A stretch of 64,000 nt of DNA, from IMG/VR virus record IMGVR_UViG_2778260992_000001. One strand, 5' to 3'. Origin of the DNA: a virus. Its lineage: Duplodnaviria; Heunggongvirae; Uroviricota; Caudoviricetes. The position numbers and the translations under genes were made by a program. Shown piece after piece: positions 1-8,079 of the stretch (the first letter of the stretch is position 1; every line of letters begins with the position of its first letter). The notes beneath the pieces are model-generated. The model saw only the letters and a list, made by a program, of their open reading frames with translations, searched no databases and was not told the DNA's origin.

Positions 1-23
1 TCGATCGTACACCTGCTGATGTT

Positions 24-413
24 ATGGCCTACACGTTGGATTTGGTCGGCCATACAAATGAAGAGCGGTGTATTGAGTTAGCCCTCGATATCGAAAAGTT
101 TTGCCACAAAACTGCCATTTCAAACTTTAACGCCATTGCTGGCTTACGCCCGGGAGTCGCTCTCTCAGAGCGAGATTACTTGCGATCACAACGAGCATCA
201 TTAGACCGTCTGTATGTTGCTCGTATTGATGCGTTGATGTGCGGGGAACTGACAAAAATTCACCTGCATCCGCAAAGGGGAGATCTGCAAACCTTCGTCG
301 TTTCCAACCGATATCGCACGGTTGAAGCAAGAGCCAGATCAGTGATGAGAATGCTAGATAACGCTGTAGAAAAGATAGAAAACCGGTTCTGTGGCCGAGT
401 GACCGTTCATTAG
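24..413 (+). CDS. hypothetical protein (frame is open to window start; may be 5' truncated)
   Basis: 129-aa ORF; no stop between position 3 and the ATG at 24; no recognisable motif. Confidence 0.4.
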   Translation: MAYTLDLVGHTNEERCIELALDIEKFCHKTAISNFNAIAGLRPGVALSERDYLRSQRASLDRLYVARIDALMCGELTKIHLHPQRGDLQTFVVSNRYRTVEARARSVMRMLDNAVEKIENRFCGRVTVH

Positions 414-474
414 AAATTGTTCGCCTCTTCTACATTGCGACAATAAAACTCTCAAAATGGGTTAAGGATAAAAA

Positions 475-894
475 ATGTTTAGTGAAATGTTGCTTGAAGA
501 TGAACTGGATCGGAAAACAACAGAGGCTTTGATTCGTGTGGCGGACGAACATTCTCGGTCGTTTATGAGCGATCGAGAGGCTCGTCTGGCTATTCGTGCC
601 ATATTCGAAACTGCGCAAGGGCTTGTTGGCGCACAAGTAGGTGAAGCCATTAACATCGCCATGTCTCAGTTCAGTGAAGGCAGTAAAAAGCCTCTGTTTC
701 CTATGCATTTGATGCTGGCTGGTGGCACGGTGCTTTATATCTCTGTTTGTCTGGATAGCAACCAAATCAATATTCTCAACACTGCGTCAGGTAAGTGGAA
801 AGATCCGATTGTCTGTGAAACCAGTGAAGAAACTTTGAAAAAAGCGGCTCAATTTGTACGTAGCGCACTACTTAAGGGCGCTAAGAAGTTGTAA
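475..894 (+). CDS. hypothetical protein
   Basis: 139-aa ORF with AAGGA-type RBS upstream; same strand as neighbours. Confidence 0.5.
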   Translation: MFSEMLLEDELDRKTTEALIRVADEHSRSFMSDREARLAIRAIFETAQGLVGAQVGEAINIAMSQFSEGSKKPLFPMHLMLAGGTVLYISVCLDSNQINILNTASGKWKDPIVCETSEETLKKAAQFVRSALLKGAKKL

Positions 895-903
895 GGAGTT
901 CTG

Positions 904-1461
904 ATGACAACGATTGTTGCAGGCATCGATATCGAGTCTACGGGACTGGATTTCCTTGCTGGTCATAAAATTATTGAAATCGCAATTACCCGCTATGAAC
1001 TGGAGACACAGAGACATATTGATAGTCTGGAGATGCGTTTTAACCCTCGCAGAAACATAGATCCGAAAGCTCAAGCCGTTCATGGCATTTCATTGGAACA
1101 GCTCGCAGCTGAACCTTTGTTGTCAAATCATGCCAGCGAAATTGGCGCTTATATGGGGGCATGTAGTGCGTGGATTGCTCATAACGGCGAAGCGTTTGAT
1201 ATACCATTTATTCGGCACGAGTTTTCAGGGTATGGAGTAAGACTGCCAGACGTTCCTGTTATAGATACTATGTTATCGGGATTGTGGGCCACAGAAGACG
1301 GTAAACGTCCCCGCCTTGAAGAGTTGGCCTTCTCTCTTGGCTTTATATACGATCATGCCAAAGCACATAGTGCCTTATATGACACAAACTTAATGATGCA
1401 ATGCTTCTTTAAGGCACGTAATAAGTACGGATTTTTTAAATTACCCTCTGAAATTGTGTAA
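904..1461 (+). CDS. DnaQ-like (DEDDh) 3'-5' exonuclease
   Basis: Exo I motif IDIESTGLD, Exo II HNGEAFDIPF, Exo III HSALYDT in translation. Confidence 0.65.
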   Translation: MTTIVAGIDIESTGLDFLAGHKIIEIAITRYELETQRHIDSLEMRFNPRRNIDPKAQAVHGISLEQLAAEPLLSNHASEIGAYMGACSAWIAHNGEAFDIPFIRHEFSGYGVRLPDVPVIDTMLSGLWATEDGKRPRLEELAFSLGFIYDHAKAHSALYDTNLMMQCFFKARNKYGFFKLPSEIV

Positions 1462-1465
1462 AGCA

Positions 1466-1505
1466 AAAGCCTACTTTAAAGAGAGTTTAAAGTAGGCTTT
1501 CTTTT
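1466..1505 (+). terminator. rho-independent terminator-like hairpin
   Basis: inverted repeat aaagcctactttaaa / tttaaagtaggcttt followed by cttttaaa. Confidence 0.5.
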
Positions 1506-1621
1506 AAAGAACAGTCGCCTTTCAATCATTTCCTGCCTGTATTTAATACTTTTCCGCCTGATAGGTTTAGTCAAAATATAGCCATCGAAACGCAAATGTA
1601 ACCAAACAGAAGGAGACTTAC

Positions 1622-2431
1622 ATGAGTTCGGTTGAAAATGTAATGACAAATGATGATCTGGACGAACTGACAGCTATGTTGCAATCACTTGATGAACCGG
1701 TAAAAAAAGCTGCACAGGTTGAGAATACTGATGATATTGACGATCTGCTTCTAGGCCTCGATGCTGGCGTAGCCATGAGTTCTGATGATGTTGCCGAAGA
1801 ACTGTTCAATGAAGAAAAAGCAGGTGATTTTAGCTCCGCTTTAAATGAGTTGGAGTTAGCGCATGAGCCTATAAACGTAATTAACGCTGAAAGTGGTGAA
1901 GCTGCCGAAAATGAGCCAGAACAGTTGGGGATCATTGAGGTTGAAGAGTGTGTTGAGGTTAATGATGAATTAAAAGTTCAACAGTCAAATGATAGCAATA
2001 CAAATAAAAAAGCTCGTGCTGCAAGAGGTCCTCGTTTTACTTTAAGTGATAAAGATGATTCGTTTTTCAATAAAGCAGGCTTAGAAAAAGATATTTTCTT
2101 AGACGCTTATGAAAACGCGCCTGTCAAAGCGAAGGATAAGATATTAAACCTTCTTAATTGGTTTAGCGGAGGTCCAGATATTAGTGTTTACACGGTAATT
2201 TCCATGAGACACCTTCTCACAGAAAAGAAGGCTACAAGTAATAGTATTAAGATTGCTTTAATGAGCAATCCAGAAAAACCGTATCCGCTTAACACTGCGT
2301 CAACTCAGGCTGGGCAAATGATGGCTGTATTTCCAGCTACAGGAATTGCCGTTAGAGACGGTGGAAATCTAACATTGAACGAAGAATCACCGATCGTTAA
2401 GAAGTTTGTCGCGGAGTACACTATTGGATGA
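1622..2431 (+). CDS. hypothetical protein with strongly acidic N-terminal half
   Basis: 269-aa ORF, RBS aggagac; N-terminal ~130 aa very D/E rich. Confidence 0.5.
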   Translation: MSSVENVMTNDDLDELTAMLQSLDEPVKKAAQVENTDDIDDLLLGLDAGVAMSSDDVAEELFNEEKAGDFSSALNELELAHEPINVINAESGEAAENEPEQLGIIEVEECVEVNDELKVQQSNDSNTNKKARAARGPRFTLSDKDDSFFNKAGLEKDIFLDAYENAPVKAKDKILNLLNWFSGGPDISVYTVISMRHLLTEKKATSNSIKIALMSNPEKPYPLNTASTQAGQMMAVFPATGIAVRDGGNLTLNEESPIVKKFVAEYTIG

Positions 2432-2507
2432 CGTTCCCCTACTGAAAATAAAGCCCATAGAGAGCTTTATAGTGCTGGGTAAGCTAACCCATACCCAGCA
2501 CCACAAA

Positions 2508-2554
2508 AACGCGCCAGAGAGCTTCTTGTTCGCATTTCTGGCGCGTTTTATTTG
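2508..2554 (+). terminator. rho-independent terminator-like hairpin
   Basis: acgcgccaga...tctggcgcgt stem followed by tttatttg. Confidence 0.5.
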
Positions 2555-2613
2555 ATTGCCATACATAAAATCAAATGCAAAAATAGGTAATCACTTACCT
2601 ATTGAGAAAGAAG

Positions 2614-3207
2614 ATGATTGCAGCCGAAAAAATCAAACAGCGAAAGCGCGACAACTCTCTTCGTGACCTCTGGAGAACACCTGATTGGCTGTTTTCTGCC
2701 ATTCAACGTTATCTTGGGGTGACATTTGATGTTGACGTTGCCTGCAACAAGGACAATGCAAAGCTGCCTAATTTCATAGGCGTTGAGCGTGATGCTTTGA
2801 AATCTGAATGGGGACAGCCAGGTACAATTGCCTTCCTCAATCCACCCTACTCCAAAATCTCCCCCTGGATTGATGCTGCTATACGTGAGCAGGCTCGCGG
2901 AGTTACAACAGTGATGCTAATTCCTCAATCCCTCGATACAAAGTGGTATGAGCGTGCAACAGAGTATGCGAATGAGACGATTATTCTGTCTGGTGGCCGC
3001 GTAGCGTTTGTCGAGCCTGACGTCAATTTGGGTCAGGTAGAAGTAAACATCAACCCCGGTGGCAGTATGCTCGTTGTTTTTCGAGGATTCTGTCAGGACG
3101 CTGGGCACTCTATAAGCAAGATCCCTTTGGACGTAATGAAAAGTCTGGGAGGGTATGATCCTGCGAATGTGGTCAGGAAAAAAAGACCATCAAAGAAGGC
3201 TGCTTAG
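2614..3207 (+). CDS. phage-type DNA N6-adenine methyltransferase (Dam family)
   Basis: translation contains WRTPDWLF, FDVDVAC, FLNPPYS motifs typical of small phage Dam MTases; ATG 2614 preferred over upstream TTG 2602. Confidence 0.7.
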   Translation: MIAAEKIKQRKRDNSLRDLWRTPDWLFSAIQRYLGVTFDVDVACNKDNAKLPNFIGVERDALKSEWGQPGTIAFLNPPYSKISPWIDAAIREQARGVTTVMLIPQSLDTKWYERATEYANETIILSGGRVAFVEPDVNLGQVEVNINPGGSMLVVFRGFCQDAGHSISKIPLDVMKSLGGYDPANVVRKKRPSKKAA

Positions 3208-3392
3208 TTTGTTCTGGCGAGTGTAATTAACCTGCTTCTGTATATAAATAACTACATATTAATTATTAATATACGGAAGCAGGCTGTTTTGTATCAGAGA
3301 CTCCCAGACCTGAACACCACTACAGAATCCACTAGAACCCCTTCTCAGACGCTTTAAAATCGATTTTATGAACCACTTTAAGGAAAACTAAC

Positions 3393-3623
3393 ATGTCATA
3401 CCCGACCAATGTTGTTGCGCTCGTAGAGAGCGATTTTCTGGCTAAGGCTCGTGAAATGATGAAAGATCGCGAGCAGGCTTTCAACTTGTACGAATGGGCA
3501 ATTAAGTGCTTGCATCTTGGGGAGCATCGCGAACTTGTTGAACAGCTTTTAGGTGAGTTGATCAACGAGGTGTTTGCCTTGAATGTTCAACTACATGGTC
3601 GAGAAAATAACCAATCGAAATGA
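3393..3623 (+). CDS. hypothetical small protein
   Basis: 76-aa ORF with RBS aaggaaa upstream. Confidence 0.4.
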   Translation: MSYPTNVVALVESDFLAKAREMMKDREQAFNLYEWAIKCLHLGEHRELVEQLLGELINEVFALNVQLHGRENNQSK

Positions 3624-4120
3624 TAGATAAGTACAAACTATTCATAAGATGGATTGTAAGTGCTAAGATCTGATAGTTTCCAGTCGTAGACTGGAGACTC
3701 GACCTGATGGGTGGGGGTAAGCGTCACTGGCGTCAGGTTTAAAAAAGCTCACTACCAGCGTAGAACCGGTGCCGTTTAGGTGTCGGGGAAGGGGGAACCA
3801 AAGTGAGCGGAGACAAGGGTCACTTTATGATTGTCGAGTCTGGGATGTTTCGAGAGGTTGAATCCAGTACTCCCCTTCATAAAGTGTGGGAAGATCTCGG
3901 TTCTGGGGTGCTGTCATCCATAACTTCCCAAGTCTAAGCTGGCAGTAGACTTAGACCATAGCTTTTCAGGTTATGAAACGACCAGGTTGGTGAGGAATTT
4001 TATACTCACCTCCCTGGGAGAGTATTACCTGAAAAGACAACCTCTCACTTCGTTCGAGGTGAACTTCACTCACTTCGTTCGTTCAGTTCAGGTTTATAAA
4101 AACCTGTACTGGGAAGTAAT
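3624..4120. other. ~500-bp ORF-free region; candidate structured non-coding RNA or regulatory region
   Basis: no ORF of 60 aa or more on any frame; several G-rich tracts and short direct repeats (cacttcgttcg x2). Confidence 0.3.
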
Positions 4121-4204
4121 TTGTTTATTTTAATAATTATTACACGCACGCGTGTGCGCACGCGCGAGGAAAAAATCGGCGCGGCGCTTGATTCAGGAGT
4201 TTAT

Positions 4205-4795
4205 ATGACGTCGAAGACACCAGCCCGGTCGCAAGCAAAAACTCGCAAAAAAGACAAAAACAAAAATTCTCCCCGCACCAATCCCACAACGCCTGTCGTA
4301 GAGTTCAATCCCCAGCTTAAAACCGTGAAAATCTTCAGTGATGGCTCTTGCCTTAAAAATCCGGGTGGCCCGGGCGGTTACGGTATAGTTCTCCAGTATC
4401 GTGGTGAGGAACGCGAGTTCTCAGATGGTTTTCATAGCACCACCAATAACCGCATGGAGATGATGGGGGCACTTATCGGGCTGGAGCGTTTGAAATATCC
4501 ATGCAACGTTATTTTGCACTCTGATAGCCAGTATCTGAAAAACGGCATGACACAGTGGATGAAATGGTGGAAACGCAATGGATGGATGACTTCTGACAAA
4601 AAACCGGTAAAGAATGTTGATCTGTGGAAGCGTCTGGATGAGGCCGCAAGTCGACATAATGTTCGCTGGAAGTGGGTTAAAGGTCACGCCGGGCATCGTG
4701 AAAATGAAATATGTGATCGACTCGCGAAGATCGCAGCTTTTTCCGCAGCAGATATGCCTCACAAGAAAGATATTGGTTTTGTTTATAACAAGTAG
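4205..4795 (+). CDS. rnhA: ribonuclease HI with basic N-terminal extension
   Basis: translation matches RNase HI along its length ([51 protein letters not shown]); RBS caggag before ATG 4205. Confidence 0.8.
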   Translation: MTSKTPARSQAKTRKKDKNKNSPRTNPTTPVVEFNPQLKTVKIFSDGSCLKNPGGPGGYGIVLQYRGEEREFSDGFHSTTNNRMEMMGALIGLERLKYPCNVILHSDSQYLKNGMTQWMKWWKRNGWMTSDKKPVKNVDLWKRLDEAASRHNVRWKWVKGHAGHRENEICDRLAKIAAFSAADMPHKKDIGFVYNK

Positions 4796-4943
4796 TAAGT
4801 AAGTGTTTACCTATCATTTTAAATCATGTATCTTATCGGCGTCAGGATGACAATGTGTCGGTAAGACACAGTTCCAGGATGGAACGAGAAAGGCGGCTGG
4901 CAATCGCCAGCCGCAACTCTTTCTGACACTGGATGGAGTCCAC

Positions 4944-5438
4944 ATGGCACGTCAAACCTATTTCACTTCTGCAACTAAACGTCCTCGTTCTTTACGTCAA
5001 ATTTTGGCCGAATTATTTAGCGGTCGTGTTATGTCACGTCTTGATGAACTAGAGACTACCGTTCGGTTGCTGAATGAACGTTTAGATAATCAAGCGTCAG
5101 TTGTTGCGAACGTGGGGGCGATTGTTGCCTCTGGTTCTTCACGCGAAGCGAAAAGTACACGGCCTTTAGTGAAGGAGAAAAACAACAAGGACAGTTCGAA
5201 TGGAAAATTTTCAAAGAAAGAGGCTGAAACCAATGGCCTACGTTCTCATTATAGTTTCACTGGCGACGGTAGCCGTTCCAGCCGGCCAGAGCCTTTTGAT
5301 GCCGGATTCATCCATCACCACACCTTCGTCGACGACAATTACCACCACTCCAGTGGAGCGTCCTGTCACTCTGGATGGGATGGCGGTGGATGCGATACCT
5401 CAAGTTCATCCAGTTACTCAGGATCATGCTGTGACTAA
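4944..5438 (+). CDS. hypothetical protein (C-terminal part low-complexity; overlaps alternative frame 5200..5451)
   Basis: 164-aa ORF; ambiguous overlap with another frame encoding a signal-peptide-like T/P-rich product. Confidence 0.3.
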   Translation: MARQTYFTSATKRPRSLRQILAELFSGRVMSRLDELETTVRLLNERLDNQASVVANVGAIVASGSSREAKSTRPLVKEKNNKDSSNGKFSKKEAETNGLRSHYSFTGDGSRSSRPEPFDAGFIHHHTFVDDNYHHSSGASCHSGWDGGGCDTSSSSSYSGSCCD

Positions 5439-5447
5439 GGCGGTTGT

Positions 5448-5636
5448 ATGAACTGGTTTTCAAATCACTTTGGAAAAATTTGGCTGGCAATTCTTGCCCT
5501 CATGGCCGCCGGTTGGGTATCGAACATTATAAAACTTGTTTGCTCTGGCGATCTCCAGTTTCAGGCTGGCATGACCTTGGCTCGTGTAGTTGGGATTTTT
5601 GTTTTTCCAGTTGGTTCGGTACTTGGTTATTTCTGA
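5448..5636 (+). CDS. hypothetical small membrane protein
   Basis: 62-aa ORF with two hydrophobic segments. Confidence 0.3.
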   Translation: MNWFSNHFGKIWLAILALMAAGWVSNIIKLVCSGDLQFQAGMTLARVVGIFVFPVGSVLGYF

Positions 5637-5690
5637 CGGCTGTTAGTGCATATGCATTGACCATCTCTGCGTAAGCAATTTATGTAATTA

Positions 5691-5708
5691 GAAAACAACT
5701 TGTTTTGA
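5691..5708. promoter_or_regulatory. palindromic operator-like site, class 1 (AAGAAAACAAnTTGTTTT)
   Basis: gaaaacaacttgttttg located ~25 bp upstream of ATG 5730. Confidence 0.5.
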
Positions 5709-5729
5709 CAAATAATAAAAGGAAAACAC

Positions 5730-6155
5730 ATGTTAGGTTTCTTCAAAAAGAAAACTCGTAAAGCTGTTATCGAAGTCAAAAAAATGGAGAACCGTGATGC
5801 GGTTGAGGCCACCGTGTGGGGCGCGTACATGATCTCCTATGCCGACGGCACATGTGACGCAAAAGAAATTGCCATTCTTGAGAAGACAATTGCAGCTCTG
5901 CCTGCGTTTTCTCCGTTTGCTGGTGAAATTGCCCAAATGAGCGCCAATATCCGTGCTCGTTACGAAGCGTCCCCTCGTTCTGCTAATGCACAGGCTATTC
6001 GTGAGCTGTCTGATATTGCGGGTACTCCAGAGGCGGTCGATGTTCTGTGTCTGTGCCTTGATATTGCCGATCAGGACGGCATTGGTGAACAAGAAGAGCA
6101 GGCACTGAAAAAGATCGCCCAGGCGCTTCAGTTGTCACTGGATGCTTATCTCTAA
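5730..6155 (+). CDS. hypothetical protein (possible TerB-like fold)
   Basis: 141-aa ORF; weak resemblance to TerB/DjlA-N helical domains only. Confidence 0.4.
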   Translation: MLGFFKKKTRKAVIEVKKMENRDAVEATVWGAYMISYADGTCDAKEIAILEKTIAALPAFSPFAGEIAQMSANIRARYEASPRSANAQAIRELSDIAGTPEAVDVLCLCLDIADQDGIGEQEEQALKKIAQALQLSLDAYL

Positions 6156-6313
6156 TGCTTGAGAGATTCCGGCTTGTGATCGTCATTGCTCTTCTGGTGA
6201 TGGCGGTGTTGGTGGATTTTACGGGAAAGATGATGTCTGTCATTTCTGATGGCGTCCTCATTGGTTTGGCGATCTACTTCGCTTATCCGTTAGTTCGTAA
6301 AGCAAAGTGCTAA
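6155..6313 (+). CDS. hypothetical small hydrophobic protein
   Basis: 52-aa ORF overlapping upstream stop (TAATG), largely hydrophobic; below the 60-aa track cutoff. Confidence 0.3.
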   Translation: MLERFRLVIVIALLVMAVLVDFTGKMMSVISDGVLIGLAIYFAYPLVRKAKC

Positions 6314-6315
6314 TG

Positions 6316-6342
6316 ACAAGGGCCAAATGGCCCTTGTGTTTC
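6316..6342 (+). terminator. terminator-like hairpin
   Basis: acaagggccaaatggcccttgt followed by gtttcg. Confidence 0.45.
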
Positions 6343-6417
6343 GTTGACCGAAATAGAGAGTTTGCACCTTTACGTTTAGCTTGCTCCCCTTTTATGCCAC
6401 ATCACAATAAAGCCAAT

Positions 6418-6435
6418 AAGAAAACAACTTGTTTA
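6418..6435. promoter_or_regulatory. palindromic operator-like site, class 1
   Basis: aagaaaacaacttgttta ~20 bp upstream of ATG 6453. Confidence 0.5.
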
Positions 6436-6452
6436 AGCATTAGGAAAAACAC

Positions 6453-7022
6453 ATGTGCAAGAAATGCAAAGCGATAGCTGATGAACAAAACGCCTTATTC
6501 GAAGAAATGGATGCTAATGAACTGGTCAAAATGTTAGCCATTCTTCGAGGAATAGAAGACGTTTCCATATTTGAGAGAGTGGTTACAGCACTTAATTTTG
6601 AGTCCACCTTTGAAGAGCCAACTCAGGTTGTAGCTTTAGCACATCATTTCGGTGTTCATTATCTTGCTGAAAAAGAGCGCGCTGATAAGTTGCAGGCGAC
6701 TTTGGATATGGTGAGCGAGACTCAACGAACTGATGACACTAACAAGAGTGAGGCGATTATTGCCAGCAAAGATCGTGAAATTGCTGGGCTTAAATCCTCT
6801 CTAACGATGTTGATGTCTGCGTTCAATCTTATGTCTTCTCAGGCGGGTTATAAAATGCCATCACTAAACAGCGATGATCCGATGGCCGTTCGTCAGCTTT
6901 TGGGAGCAATGGCCGACCAACTCGACGACACAAAGAGTCGGCTTGAAGACATGATGCGTGAGTTAAGCCATCGACATAACCTCGCAACACAGCCACACAA
7001 AGCCTTTCAAAGCTCTAATTGA
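6453..7022 (+). CDS. hypothetical protein
   Basis: 189-aa ORF downstream of class-1 palindrome. Confidence 0.5.
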   Translation: MCKKCKAIADEQNALFEEMDANELVKMLAILRGIEDVSIFERVVTALNFESTFEEPTQVVALAHHFGVHYLAEKERADKLQATLDMVSETQRTDDTNKSEAIIASKDREIAGLKSSLTMLMSAFNLMSSQAGYKMPSLNSDDPMAVRQLLGAMADQLDDTKSRLEDMMRELSHRHNLATQPHKAFQSSN

Positions 7023-7077
7023 TCTGATATGGCCGCATGATCGGCCATATTGTGTTGATAAAAAACAAGGATGAAAA

Positions 7078-7359
7078 ATGGCATACGGTACAGGGATTTA
7101 CAACAATAAAGGAATTAACGTTACTGGCTTCCTTACTCCTATTTTTTTTCTTGATCGATTTACTGCGTCATCAGGCTCTAAGACGTACTCCAATCCGCCA
7201 CCGGGTAAATCGCTACATGCCGTGTGGTCATTGATGCCTCTTAACAACGACAACTACATTAATTTACCTGTTCCAACAGTTACTATTAATGGAAATACGG
7301 TTAGTTGGTCAAATTTATATACGGGGCTTGGTTCTTACATATACACATACTGGGGATAA
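7078..7359 (+). CDS. hypothetical protein (N/Y/G/T-rich)
   Basis: 93-aa ORF in AT-rich segment. Confidence 0.35.
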   Translation: MAYGTGIYNNKGINVTGFLTPIFFLDRFTASSGSKTYSNPPPGKSLHAVWSLMPLNNDNYINLPVPTVTINGNTVSWSNLYTGLGSYIYTYWG

Positions 7360-7361
7360 TT

Positions 7362-7976
7362 ATGTTCGGGATGTCAATTACTCAATCAGATGGAAGTTTG
7401 TGGATGAGTCCAGAATTTACTCCGCAAAATCTGATTAATAAAGGGACAATGTCTACATCTAAAGGTTCTGTTTTTCAAACATCAATCCCATCAAACAAAT
7501 CATGCTTTTTCTTCATAAAAAGCAGTAATAAGGCGAACATGATGTTTATTCATGAGCATAGTAACGGATACAATGCTCTCAGATTGCATCAGGTAAATGG
7601 TAGCCCCGGAACAATAACAGTTTATGCTTTTTCTGATATGGTGTTACCACATTCTGGCTATGGCATTGCCATGTATAACAGCGCAGGCGCAATGGTGTAT
7701 CACGGTGAGATGATGCCCCTTGATGCGAAACTTATCACTATTTCGGACCCTCAATTTACCATAGATGTGGGGTATCCGTGTGCGGTAATGCCTGCTATGG
7801 TTGGGGTTTATAACTATAGACGAACCGATTACGACAGACCTGTCTATGTAACTATGACCGGTGCAACTGGAAACCAAGTATATAACGGTCAATGGTATTC
7901 CGGTAATGTCACATGGGATATTAAGAAGATTTATACAAACAAAATCCTGGTTATAAATACCTCAAAGTATGATTAG
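7362..7976 (+). CDS. hypothetical protein (N/Y/G/T-rich, probably beta-rich)
   Basis: ATG 7362 directly after upstream stop; 204 aa. Confidence 0.4.
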   Translation: MFGMSITQSDGSLWMSPEFTPQNLINKGTMSTSKGSVFQTSIPSNKSCFFFIKSSNKANMMFIHEHSNGYNALRLHQVNGSPGTITVYAFSDMVLPHSGYGIAMYNSAGAMVYHGEMMPLDAKLITISDPQFTIDVGYPCAVMPAMVGVYNYRRTDYDRPVYVTMTGATGNQVYNGQWYSGNVTWDIKKIYTNKILVINTSKYD

Positions 7977-8079
7977 CAAATACCTTTATTTAAAGGATTG
8001 CCTGTTAATTTCTATTTAGCACCTTTTCATTTTTGAAATAATTGCACCATTAAACAAATCTTTTCTTAATGGTGCAATT

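Noticed and set aside
3624-4120. Possible retron (ncRNA followed by reverse transcriptase)
   Set aside because: The downstream gene is RNase HI, not a reverse transcriptase; no RT motifs (YxDD) are seen nearby.
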